From Mobula hypostoma (lineage: Eukaryota): 64,000 nucleotides of DNA. This document shows positions 13,431 to 61,420 of the stretch, piece after piece; the first letter of the stretch is position 1, and each line of letters begins with the position of its first letter. The stretch spans positions 33,606,001 to 33,670,000 of the forward strand of contig NC_086108.1 in assembly GCF_963921235.1 (NCBI RefSeq), read 5' to 3'. Below the pieces are notes generated by a model that had not been told where the DNA came from, ran no database searches, and saw only the letters and a program-made list of their open reading frames with translations. A program made the translations under genes and the position numbers.

Positions 13431-15126
13431 CCCACCACTCTGCTCCGTCTAGCGGAATTAGTCCTTACTCTTAATAATTTCTCCTTTTGCTCCTCCCATT
13501 TCCTCCAAACTAAAGGTGTAGCTATGGGCACCCGTATGGGTCCTAGCTATGCCTGCCTTTTTGTTGGGTTTGTGGAACAATCTATGTTCCGTGCCTATTC
13601 TGGTATCTGTCCCCCACTTTTCCTTCGCTACATCAACGACTGCATTGGCGCTGCTTCCTGCACGCATGCAGAACTCGTTGACTTTATTAACTTTGCCTCC
13701 AACTTTCACCCTGCCCTCAAGTTTACCTGGTCCATTTCCGACACCTCCCTCCCCTTTCTAGATCTTTCTGTCTCTGTCTCTGGAGACAGCTTATCCACTG
13801 ATGTCTACTATAAGCCTACTGACTCTCACAGCTATCTGGACTATTCCTCTTCTCACCCTGTCTCTTGCAAAAACGCCATCCCCTTCTCGCAATTCCTCCG
13901 TCTCCGCCGCATCTGCTCTCAGGATGAGGCTTTTCATTCTAGGACGAGGGAGATGTCTTCATTTTTTAAAGAAAGGGGCTTCCCTTCCTCCACTATCAAC
14001 TCTGCTCTTAAACGCATCTCCCCCATTTCACGTACATCTGCTCTCACTCCATCCTCCCACCACCCCACTAGGAGTAGGGTTCCCCTGGTCCTCACCTACC
14101 ACCCCACCAGCCTCCGGGTCCAACATATTATTCTCCGTAACTTCCGCCACCTCCAACGGGATCCCACCACTAAGCACATCTTTCCCTCCCCCACCTCTCT
14201 GCATTCCGCAGGGATCGCTCCCTACACAACTCCCTTGTCCATTCGTCCCCCCCATCCCTCCCCACTGATCTCCCTCCTGGCACTTATCCATGTAAGCGGA
14301 ACAAGTGCTACACATGCCCTTACACTTCCTCCCTTACCACCATTCAGGGCCCCAAACAGTCCTTCCAGGTGAGGCATCACTTCACCTGTGAGTCGACTGG
14401 GGTGATATACTGCGTCCAGTGCTCCCGATGTGGCCTTTTATATATTGGTGAGACCCGACGCAGACTGGGAGACAGCTTTGCTGAACATCTACGCTCTGTC
14501 CGCCAGAGAAAGCAGGATCTCCCAGTGGCCACACATTTTAATTCCACATCCCATTCCCATTCTGACATGTCTATCCACGGCCTCCTCTACTGTAAAGATG
14601 AAGCCACACTCAGGTTGGAGGAACAACACCTTATATTCCGTCTGGGTAGCCTCCAACCTGATGGCATGAACATTGACTTCTCTAACTTCCGCTAGGCCCC
14701 ACCTCCCCCTCGTACCCCATCTGTTACTCATTTTTATGCACACATTCTTTCTCTCACTCTCCTTTTTCTCCCTCTGTCCCTCTGAATATATCTCTTGCCC
14801 ATCCTCTGGGTCACCCCCCCCCCCACCGTCTTTCTTCCCGGACCTCCTGTCCCATGATCCTCTCGTATCCCCTTTTGCCTATCACCTGTCCAGCTCTTCG
14901 CTCTATCCCTCCCCCTCCTGTCTTCTCCTATCATTTTGCATCTCCCCCTCCCCCTCCAACTTTCAAATCCCTTACTCACTCTTCCGTCAGTTAGTCCTGA
15001 CGAAGGGTCTCGGCCTGAAACGTCGACTGCGCCTCTTCCTAGAGATGCTGCTTGGCCTGCTGCGTTCACCAGCAACTTTGATGTGTGTTGCTTGAATTTC
15101 CAGCATCTGCAGAATTCCTGTTGTTT
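13431..15126 (+). mobile_element. Penelope-like retroelement (Neptune-like), 5'-truncated: RT C-half, Cys-rich linker, GIY-YIG endonuclease, 3' tail with hammerhead
   Basis: ORF 13524..14372 MGTRMGPSYACLF, RYIND, FLDL, TDVYYKPTD; frameshift near 14195; linker PCKRNKCYTCP; ORF 14369..14695 GVIYCVQCSRCGLLYIGET...EEQHLIFRLGSLQPDGMN*. Possible TSD TGCATGTA at 13404-13411 and 15129-15136. Confidence 0.93.
14993..15028 (+). ncRNA. Minimal type I hammerhead ribozyme motif in the Penelope 3' tail
   Basis: AGTC-CTGACGA-AGGGTCTCGGCCT-GAAA-CG-TC^-GACT: stem I AGTC/GACT, core CUGANGA and GAAA, short stem II, palindromic ACGT in place of stem III, GUC cleavage triplet (cut after 15024). Confidence 0.8.
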
Positions 15127-15811
15127 CTTGCATGTAAATACTGTTTTTTGATCTTTGAAGAGCAGAGAGTAGGATTGTACATTGTACAGGTATTTACTTT
15201 TATATAAATAATTAGTAGATGATTGTAATTGGTCAGAGAGCACCAAGAATATTTGCATGTATATTTAATAAAATTTGCATAAATATCACATACAGTTGGA
15301 TAACTGCGCTCAAAATGAAAACATCTAAACAATATACAGATATCCAAAAATCAAATTAATATAGCAATACAAAAGTCTGCTAATCAACATTTTGATATCT
15401 AAATTAAACCCGCATCCTTACTGCTTGATCATAACTCAGAGAGCAACATGCATTAGTAGACTTATTTTGACTCTGTAATATCTGCCATTAAGCCATAAGA
15501 AACCTTACTGTAAATTTAACGTTAAAGCTCAGAAACAAGCCTTTCCCTATAAATTAGCAAAAAGTGCTTCTTTTTAAAAATAATCTAGAAATTGTTTCTC
15601 CAAGTTCCTAAGAAATATTTTTGAAGTGAAACAAATACTAAAGAAAAATTCTAGAAAACGAACATCAATGAATTTATCAAACATTTTGTGCTCTCTTATT
15701 TCAAACAGCATTTACAAACCCTCCTGAAGTATTACTAAAAATGCGATTAGATCATTTAAGAGTAAAAAGGGTCAGAGGGAGGACTTTCTATTGCTTATAT
15801 GTTACTGTACA

Positions 15812-15826
15812 TTTATTTATTTTATT
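15812..15826 (-). terminator. Candidate proximal polyadenylation signal cluster for DDR2 (three overlapping AATAAA)
   Basis: Plus-strand tttatttattttatt reads as three AATAAA on the minus strand, about 350 nt after the stop, with a U-rich tract downstream. Usage is unproven. Confidence 0.4.
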
Positions 15827-16178
15827 CTTCCAGTCTTTTCAACTCGTTGCACCGTACCAGGAAACTTTCTCATCCAACATTGGACAGCTTTCATAATCTT
15901 GTCTATTTAATTGTCAGAAGTCTGAACGAACAAAGAGGCAAGGATGTTTATCCCTTGCTGCATTATTTCCATCATATTTTCCACCTCCTACTACAAAGAT
16001 AATTATTTCCACATCCTCGATCCTCTTTCCTTCAAATATGCTCCCATCTCCCAGCACTGGAAACAGTGGCTTTCATTCCACCCTCCTTAGTTTAAAATGG
16101 CTGCATGCGCACTAATAATCAGACGTGAAGAGGTCTTTTTAAAGTGATAGCTCCTCTGTCATCCTCCTCAGAATGAAC

Positions 16179-52460
<36,282 letters not shown>

Positions 52461-52937
52461 CTGGAGAAGACAGAGAGGTCAGCGGTTTGGCAAAGCACAC
52501 TACTATCTACGTTAATCCATTTCTAAGAATGTTCAATCATATTACAGGGTGAACTAACTTAAATCAGGAAGCTAATGCCATATTTAAGTTTGCTGATGAC
52601 ACTACTGTTGTTGGCTGAATCAAATTTACAGATAAATTATTATATAGGAGGGAGATTGAAAATCTGGCTGAGTGGTCCACAACTACCACCTCTCACTTAA
52701 CGTCAGAAAAACCTAGATCTGATTATTGACTGCAGGAGGAGGAAATCCAAGGCCCATGAGGCAGTCCTCAGAGGATCAGAGGTAGAGAGGGTCAGCTATT
52801 TCAAATTCCTTGGCGCTATCATTTCAGAGGATCTGCCCTGGGCCCAGCACTATGTAACTGCCATTACAGGGAAGGCACACCAAAGCCTCTACTTCCTTAG
52901 AGGTTTGTGAGGATCCAGCATGTGACAAACTTCTAAA

Positions 52938-54979
52938 TGTAACACCTGTGTAGCACCCCTCTTATCATGTGTGACATCACCGCACTGAGAAGATCAAATT
53001 ACACAGTACTACACTAGGTGCTAGTAGGCCATCAGAAGATTCTAGGTATCAGAAGGAGGCAGTAAATAGAAACCACATAGTTCTGGAGATAAGTTTTGTT
53101 TATAAGTAAAAAAACAACAGGATACTTATATGAGAAAGAACAATTCAAAATTCCAATATTCTGTTTAGGTTCCAAAACTTAGATACCAAACCACAGCAAA
53201 TTCCCTTTTAATTTGAATCAATGAGATTCCTTTATTACTCTAATCTCTTTAACAAATTAGATCTAGTGTTATTCCCTATTTTAAAGTCTACAGACTAAAC
53301 TTTCCTTTTTACTTATTCCTAGTTAGTTAGAAAACCAAATATAATTCCTATTCTTAAGTATTGTAGATAACTTCAGTCTCAGTTCCAGGCAGTATACCAC
53401 AAATTTGAATTCAAATTCAAAAATTATATATACAGTTTATCTCCCTTCACCTGTAATCTCCAACATCACAACTTTTAAACAAAGTAAATCTCATTCAGTA
53501 ACTTATCAAAGTTTTTACAAAAATAATCAGTTCTTGCAAGAAAATCAAATTTGGATTCTTCGTATTGTGACGAGAATACACATAAAAATTAAGATGTTTG
53601 CTGATCTGGGCTAGCATCAGTGACATCAGCAGTTGGTCTGCCACCTGCCCTCAGGGGAAGGAGAGATAAGGAACAATGGAGCAGCGTCTGGAGATGTGTA
53701 ATGAAGGGACGTGGGAGAGAGAGAGCTGTCTGGAGCGGCTCCCCCTTTGAACCCTGAGCTGTTTGAAGTGATGGACAGGCGATGCCCCAGCAGGGGGATA
53801 AAAAGGGACAGGTTCGCTAAGGCAGGACACACACACGCCACCCGAGGTAACGAGACCCTGGAAGCGGTGCGCCTCTCACGAGTGGGTGAGAAGTACCAGG
53901 GTGGAAAGGTACGATCAGCGGGAACCCGGTGTGTGTCCGCCCTTGCCTGGGTGCCGGGTTCACTGCAGAGGATCGACCGCATCTGGAGGAGGGGTCACAG
54001 TCGGTGACCTCAGGTGACATCACCAAGGACCCGCCCAAAAGTTGCTTGTGAGCAATCTCGCCGGTCTGTGAGTGAAGCAGTGTTCTGAATGATCAGTTGT
54101 TCCTGTTCTCTGTCTCTCTTCCCCCATGTTGTCCATCCATGGCAACAATTACTGCGAACTGAACTACTAACTGGACTGAACTTTGAGTCACTTTTAAATT
54201 TGGTCATTTACCCCTAGACAACGATAGAGCTTGATTGATGCTGTTATCTTATTCTGTGCACATGTGTGGTTATCATTGTTGAACTGTTGCATTTATTATC
54301 CTTTCGATTACTGTGTTGCTTGTTTCTTTAATAAAACTTTCTTAGTTCTAGTACTCCAGACTCCAACTGAGTGATCCATTTCTGCTGGTTTGGCAACCCA
54401 GTTACGGGGTACGTAACAGTATGAAAATAAACTTATACATCCAACCATATTAAATCATCTGTGTCATTACATATTTCATTCCCTGGCATCATCCTGGGTG
54501 GTTCGCCATCTTGTTCCTTGGTTCATTTGATGAAAGAGCTGATCATCCACAGAAAATTAATTCACAAACTTGTAAAAAAAATTGACCAAATGCCTTGGTA
54601 TGATTTTACAGAACTAATTTCCAACTACACTGTAGGGATTTTGGACACTGGTCTCTGCTGATATTGTCTTGTTAAAACTGCTGCATGATATAGCTATAGC
54701 TTCAATAAATCTTTTATCGCTACTGTCTCTCCTCCAGGGGTTTCACCCTGAGGTTTTCAAGTTAGTAGGGTAAAGACACTCATTACTAATCCCACTCTTA
54801 ACAGTTCATGTCTTCAGCTTCTAATTGGTGCTTCGTTTCTCTCCTTGTCTGTGTCTGCATCAGTCACACCTCTCTCACACATAGCATTTTTTTCAAATTC
54901 TTAAAAAAAATCGGTAAACCTCATTTTCATCTCTACACAGGTGGAACTTTCTAACATTACATACTTGGGTTTAATTACA
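52938..54979. mobile_element. LTR-like insertion (probable solo LTR) with 4-bp TSD, hosting a nested solo LTR
   Basis: TGTAA...TTACA termini; TAAA at 52934-52937 and 54980-54983; removing it restores the Rex sequence aacttc-taaa-gatgcacagtggagag. Confidence 0.75.
53566..54418 (+). mobile_element. Solo LTR (Ty3/gypsy-like), 853 bp
   Basis: TGTGACG...CGTAACA inverted termini; GTAT TSD at 53562-53565 and 54419-54422; GATAAAA TATA-like near 53797; AATAAA at 54330-54335; CpG retained. Confidence 0.88.
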
Positions 54980-55229
54980 TAAAGATGCACAGTGGAGAGT
55001 AGACCAAGTTGTTTCATCATGGCCTGGTATGGAAACGACAATGCCCTTGAATGGAAAAGCATACAAAAAGAAGTGGATGCAGCTCAGGCTGTCATGGGTA
55101 AAGCCATCCCCGTCATTGAGCACATTTACATGGAGTGCTGTCACAGGAAAGCAGCATCCATTATCAAGGACCCCCTCATCCAGGCTATGCTCTCTTCTCG
55201 CTGCTGCCATCAGGAAGGTGTTACAGGAG

Positions 55230-55671
55230 CAATGTTCCCTTAGGAGGCACACATCTTTTGCTACTAGCGCACAAAGGAACTTAAACTGCGCACAACAGGT
55301 TGTCAGCCTCGACCTCATTAGCACGTTAAGTGTATTTCACAGTCGTATACAATCACATTTCCTTTTCTGGTTTCTGATGAGGACGGTGTTGACAATGTAG
55401 CGTTTGTGATGATTTGTCTTCAGATTTTAGAACTGGCTTATTCATACTGTTTTTATTGAAGAAATTATTGATGCGCTATGTCAAATTACAAAGCAGCAAA
55501 GGGCATGAAGCACAAAAGGACTGCTAGTTCATTTAAAGTGGAATGGCTTATTATCCGTAGAAGAGCTTCAGGTGTACCTCAACTAAAACATTCAGGGTAC
55601 ACATGTTATTGTCATTGCTCAGCATGAAGTTTTTCCACGCACTGGTCATGACAAAAAAAGAGGGAGCATTG
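55230..55671. mobile_element. Non-autonomous hAT DNA transposon, 442 bp
   Basis: TIRs CAATGTTCCCT and AGGGAGCATTG; 8-bp TSD TACAGGAG (55222-55229) and TACAGAAG (55672-55679). Confidence 0.8.
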
Positions 55672-56665
55672 TACAGAAGCCTCAGATCCCACACCACCAG
55701 GTTCAGGAACAGTGATTACCACTCAATCATCAGGCTCTTGAACCAGAGGGGATAACTTCACTCATCCCAACACTGAACTAGTTCTTCAACCTATGAACTC
55801 ACCTTCAATGACTTACAACTCACGTTCTCAATATTTATCACTTATTTAGTATTATTTTTTCCTTTTTTTGTATTTGCCCAATTTGTTGTCTTTTGCACTT
55901 TGGTTGTTTGGCCATCTTTTGTTGCGTGTAGTTTTTCATTGATCTTATTGTTCCTTTGAATTTACTATGAATGCCTGCAAGATAATGAATCTCATGGTTG
56001 TATATGGTGACATACGTACTTTGACAATAAATTTACTTTCATCTTTGAACTGCAAGGAAGTTGAAATATCAATCTTACACAAGGCCCAATAGTTGTCTCC
56101 ACTTGATAGTGTAAAACTCAGGTTGTGGGATTAGGTTGGGTTATTTTGGGTTAAAATTCAAGCTTGTTACTTTTTCATAATGCTGATGGTCAAAAAAATT
56201 ATAAGCTGTACAAGGTGTATGACTTTCTCTCAGCTGATTATCTATGAGGAGTTCAATAACCTATTGCCTGCATGGCTTATTTTCCCTCTGCACAGAGCAA
56301 AGGTTTAACCTGTTAACATCCGACAATACCTCTGTCAGTACTTTTTTGAAAAGAACTGAGGATCAAAAAGAATGTTTTATTTGTGAAACATAACTTCAGG
56401 CGTTTAACAATGCTGGTGGTGCTTATGAATAAAAATGCCAGCAAAAGAGTGTGCCATTCTTTAGTACTGCAAGGGAGATGGGCTAACAGTGAGTACTTGG
56501 ACAAATGTTTTCACATAAAAGTGTTTAGTCCACTATCTATCAGGACTTCAATATTTCAGTGACAGTGGGAAGGTCTGTCAGCAGGTGGTTCGAGAGCAAG
56601 GGTACCTAATCTGGAGTTAACAACCCCCTTTCGTTAATGGTAGGGGTCCATGGTATAAAAAAGGT

Positions 56666-59600
56666 GTCATCAGCAAATTTACAAGCCCATCCCTCCACTT
56701 CTTCATCCAGGTCATTTATAAAAATCATGAAGAGTAGGGGTTCCCAGAACAGATCCCTGTGGAACACCACTGGTCACCAACCTCCATGCAGAATACGAAC
56801 CATCTACAACCACCTTCTGTGGACAAGCCAATCCTGGATCCACAAAGCAAGGTCTCCTTGGATCCCATGCCTCCTTACTTTCTGAAGGAGCCTTGCATGG
56901 GGAACCTTTTCAAATGCCTTATTAAAATGCATATACACTACATCCACTGCTCTACCTTCATCAATGTGTTTTGTTACATCCTCAAAGAATTCAATCAGGC
57001 ACGTAAGGCATGACCTGCCCTTGACAAAGCCATGCTGACTATCCCTAATCAGATTATCTCTCTCCAAATGCTCATAATCCTGCCTCTCAGGATCTTCTCC
57101 AACAACTTGCCTACCACTGAAGTCAGAGTCACTGTTCTATAATTTCCTGGGTTATCTCTACTCCCTTTCTTGAACAAGGGAACAACATTAGCAACCCTCC
57201 AATCCTCCTGTACTTCTCCTGTCCCTATTGATGATTCAAAGATCATTGCAAGAGGCTCAGCAATCTCCTCCCTCGCTTCCCACAGTAGACTGAGGTACAT
57301 CTCATCCAGTCCCAGTGACTTATCGAGCTTAATGCTTTTCAAAAGCTTCAGCACATCTTTTTTAATGTCTATAGCTCAAGCGTTTCAGTCCACCAAAAGT
57401 CATCCCTACAATTGCCATGCCTTTTTCCCTGGTGAGTATTCATTTAGTAGATCCGCTACCTCCTCCAACTCTATGCACACATTTCCATTATCGCACCTGG
57501 TTGGTCCTATTCTCTCATGTCTTATCCTCTTGCTCTTCACATACTTGTAGAATGGCTTGGGGTTGTCCTTCATCCTGTCCGCCAAGGCCTTCTCATGGCC
57601 CCTTCTGGCTCTTTTAATTCTACTGTTAAGCTCCTTCCTAGCAACCTTGTAATTTTCTGGAGCTCTAACAGTACCTAGTTTCTTGAACCTTTCGTAAGCT
57701 TTTCTTTTCTTCTTAACTAGATTTTCTACATACTTTGTACACCATGGTTCTTTAACCCTACCATCTTTTCCCTGCCTCAATGGAAGATACCCAGGCAGAA
57801 TTCCATGCAAATGTTCCCTGAACATTTGCCACATTTCTGCCGTGCATTTCCCTGAGAACATCTGTTCCTAAATTATGCTCTCAAGTTTCTGCCTAATAGC
57901 ATCGTATTTCCCCCTACCCCAATTAAGTGCTTTCCCAAATTGTCTGCTTGTATTCTTCTCCAGTGCTATGGTGAAGGAGATAGAGTTGTGGTCACTACCT
58001 CCAAAATGCTCTCACACCGAGAGATCTGACATCTGACCAGGTTCAGATCAAGTACAGCCTCTCCTCTCGTTGGCTTATCTACATATTGCGTCAGGAAACC
58101 TTCCTGAACACACCTAACAAACTCCACCCTGTCTAAACCCCTTGCTCTGAGGAGGTGCCAGTCAATATTAGGAAAGTTAAAATCTCTCATCACAACAACC
58201 CTATTATTATTGCACCATTCCAGAATCTGCCTCCCTATCTGCTCTTCGATATACATTACTATTGGGGAGTCTATTAAAAAAAAACACCCAGTAGAGTTAT
58301 TGCCCCTTCCCTGTTTCTGACTTCCACCCACATTTACTCAGTAGACTATCCCTCCATGGCTTCCTCCTTTTCTGCAGCCGTAACACTATCCCTACCTCTT
58401 TTGCCACACCTCCACCTCTTTTGTCTCCCCCTGTTCTTTTTGAAACATCTAAAGCCCGGCACACTCAGCAGCCATTGCTGTTCCTGAGACATCCAAGTCT
58501 CTGTAATGGCCACAACGTCACAGTTCCACATATTGATCCATGATCTAAGTTCATCCACCTTGTTCATGATACTCCTCGCATTAAAATAAACACAAATCAA
58601 GCCATCAGGCTGAGTGCATCTTTGCTCTAACATCTGCCTGTCCTTCCTCACAAACTCCCTGCAAGCCGTCTCTATCTGTGCTCCACCTCCCCATCCTCTG
58701 CCTTTTTACTTTGGTTACCATCCCCTGCGAATCTAGTTTAAAACCTCCCCAATATCATTAACAAACCCTGACAGGATATTGGTCCCCCTTGGATTCAAAT
58801 GCAACCTGTCCTTTTTGTACAAGTCACACTTGCCCCAGAAGAGGTCCCAATGATCCAAATCCCTGCCCCTGCTCCAATCCTTCAACCATACCTCATCCTC
58901 TACCTCATTTTATTCCTATACTCACTGTCGCGTGGCACAGGCAGCAATCCCGAAATTACTACCCTTGAGGTCCTGCTTCTCAGCTTCCTTCCTAACTCCC
59001 TGTATTCTGCTTTCAGGACCTCCACCCTTTTTCTACCTATGCCATTGATACCAATATGTACCACGACCTCTGGCTGTTCACCCTCCCATCTCAGAAACAT
59101 CACAAACTCTGGCACTTGAGAGGAAAACTACCATCCTTGTTTCTTTTTCTCGTCCACAGAATTGCCTATCTGTCCCCCTGACTACAGAGCCCTCTGTTAC
59201 TGCTGCCCTCCTCTTCCGTTTCCTACCCTTCTGAGCCACAGGGCCAGACTCAGTGCCAGAGATACGGCCACTGTTCCTTTCCTCAGGTAGGTCATCCCCT
59301 TCAACAGCACTCAAAATGGAGTACTTATTGTTAAGGGGGACAGCCACCACTCCAGGAGCTCTCCACTACCTGACACCCACCCTTCCCTCTTCTGATGGTC
59401 ACCCACTTATCTGGCTCCTGTGGCCCCAGGGTGACTACCTGCCTGTGGCTCCTGTCTATCACCTCCTCACTCTCCCTAACAAGTCGAACGTCATCGAGCT
59501 GCAGCTCTAGTTCACAAACTCGGTCTTTAAGGAGCTGCAGCTCAATGGCCCTGGTGCAGATGTGGCCATTAGGGACGCTGGAAGTCTCCTGGACGTCCCA

Positions 59601-59740
59601 CATCTGACACCCAGAACAGAAAACTGGCTTTGCAGTCATACCCACTATTCTAATGCGCCGAGCCCTCCAAAACACTGCTTTTTTAAACTCTTCTCCCTGA
59701 CCTGTGTGAAGTTCTCTCTCTCTTTGAATCGACTGGTCCG
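56666..59740 (-). mobile_element. CR1-type LINE retaining ORF1 (Cys-rich, coiled-coil, SGNH-esterase-like) and ORF2 APE/RT, lacking its 3' end
   Basis: ORF1: FCSGCQMW...ICTR..ELQLLKDRVCELELQL; PEVVVHIGIN...VVISGLLPVPR. ORF2: YFNARSIMNKVDEL, VAITETWM, DFNFPNIDW, GNYRTVTLTSVVGKLLE, QHGFVKGRSCLT, KAFEKVPH; stops just after KFADD near 56666. Confidence 0.92.
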
Positions 59741-59749
59741 CTGCTAATG

Positions 59750-59968
59750 CCAAAGAGTAGTGAATCTGTGGAATGCTCTGCCACAGACTGCAATGGAGGC
59801 CAAGTTAAGACGGAAGTTGATTGTTTCCGGATTGGTCAGGGCATCAAAGGATATGGCGAGAAGGCAGGTGTATAGGGTTGAGTGGGATCCAGGATCAGCC
59901 ATGATGGAATGGCAGAGCAGACTTGATGGGCTGAATGGCCTAACTCTGCTCCTCTGTCTTTTGGTATG
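59750..59968 (+). mobile_element. CR1-type LINE 3' end
   Basis: VVNLWNALPQ followed by the 3' UTR gggctgaatggcctaactctgctcct. Confidence 0.8.
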
Positions 59969-60179
59969 TGTGCAGTGCTGTACTTCCAAATGAAAAAGAT
60001 TCAAAAATACACAGAGTTTTTGATATATATGTAGTTTATTTTCAGGAAAGAAATATTGAGGTAGGTTTGAATTTTATGCAACAATGATGGATTGACAAGA
60101 ACATTAAAAAAAATGGAGAAACATACAAAATGTGCAGCTGCAAACTCATTGTTAATTTCACAATGTTCACATCCTCATT

Positions 60180-61420
60180 CTTGGGAAATTATAGGCTGGC
60201 GAGTCTGATGCCAATTGTGGGTAGATTATTAGATTTTCTAAGGGACAGGATGTATAAGTATTTGGACAGACAGAGCCAGATTCGGGATAGTCAATATGAC
60301 TGTGAGTGGTATCTCATGTCTAATCAATCTTCAAGAGTTTTTCCAAGAAGGTTACCAGGAACATTGATGAAGAAAAGAGAGTGGACATTGTCTACATGGA
60401 CGTAAAGACCTTTAACGAAGTCCTGCATGGGAGACTGGTCCAGAAGGATCAGTCTCTTGACATTCAGGATGAAGTAGTCATCTGGATTCAACATTGGCTT
60501 CATGGGAGAAGCCAGAGAGTGGTGGCAGATGCTTGTCCCTCTGATGGCAATTCTGGGACTAACGGTGTGCTGTAGGTATCATGCTGGGTCCTTGTTACTT
60601 GTCACCTGTTTTACTGACTTGGATAATAATGGGGTAAAACAGGATCAACAAGTTTGCAGACGATGCCAGGACTGGGGGCATAGTGGACAACAAGGAAGGT
60701 TGTCCAAATGGGCTGAAAAACGGCAGATGGAATTTAGTGCAAGCGAGAGGTATTGCACTTTGGGAGGACAAATCAGGGTAGGTACATGGGCTTGTACAGT
60801 GAACAGTAGGGCACTGGGGAATGCAGTAGAACAAAGGGGTCTGGGAATACAGAACCATAATTCATGTGGCTTCACAGTTAGATTATGTTATAAAGAGAGC
60901 TTTTGGCACATTGGTATTCATTAGTTATTGAGTATAGGAATTGGGATGTTATGCTGAAGTTGGATGAAATATTGGTGAGGCCAAATCTGGAGAATAGTGC
61001 ATAGATCTAGTCACCTATCTACAGGAAAGATATCGATAAGGTTGAAAGAGTGCAGAAAAAATTTACAAGGCTGTTGCTGCGACTTGAGGACCTGAGTTAT
61101 AGGGAAAGGTTGAGCTTGAATAGATTGGCCACTTTATTCCCTGGAACATAGAAGAATGAGGGAGATTTGACAGAGGTTTACAAAGTTATGAGGGCACTTT
61201 TTCATTCAGCAGGTGGTGTAAGTGTGGTACGAGCTGCCAGTAGAAGTGATGGATGCAGGTTCAATTACAACATTTAAGAGAAGCTAGGGTAGGTACATGG
61301 ATGGGAGGGACATGGAAGACTATGGTCCAGGTGCAGGTCCATGAGGCCTGGCAAAATAACAGTTCAGCATGGAGCAGATGGGCCAAAAGGCCGGTTTCTG
61401 TGCTGTAGTGCTCTATGACA
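60180..61420 (+). mobile_element. CR1-type LINE, degenerate RT through 3' end
   Basis: GNYRLASLMPIVGRLL, DIVYMD, WIQHWLHGRSQRVV, ERVQKKFTRL and a CR1 3' UTR. Confidence 0.88.

Larger units (their letters stand above)
52570..56050 (+). mobile_element. Rex1/Babar-type LINE 3' portion split by three later insertions
   Basis: KFADDTTVVG at 52586-52615; resumes at 54984-55229 (AWYGN, AAQAVMGKAIPVIEHIY) and 55672-56050 (3' UTR and tail). Confidence 0.85.

Noticed and set aside
56313..56504. Hydrophobic ORF (HTLLLAFLFISTTSIV) as a signal-peptide exon
   Set aside because: No in-frame ATG close to the hydrophobic run and no suitable phase-1 donor.
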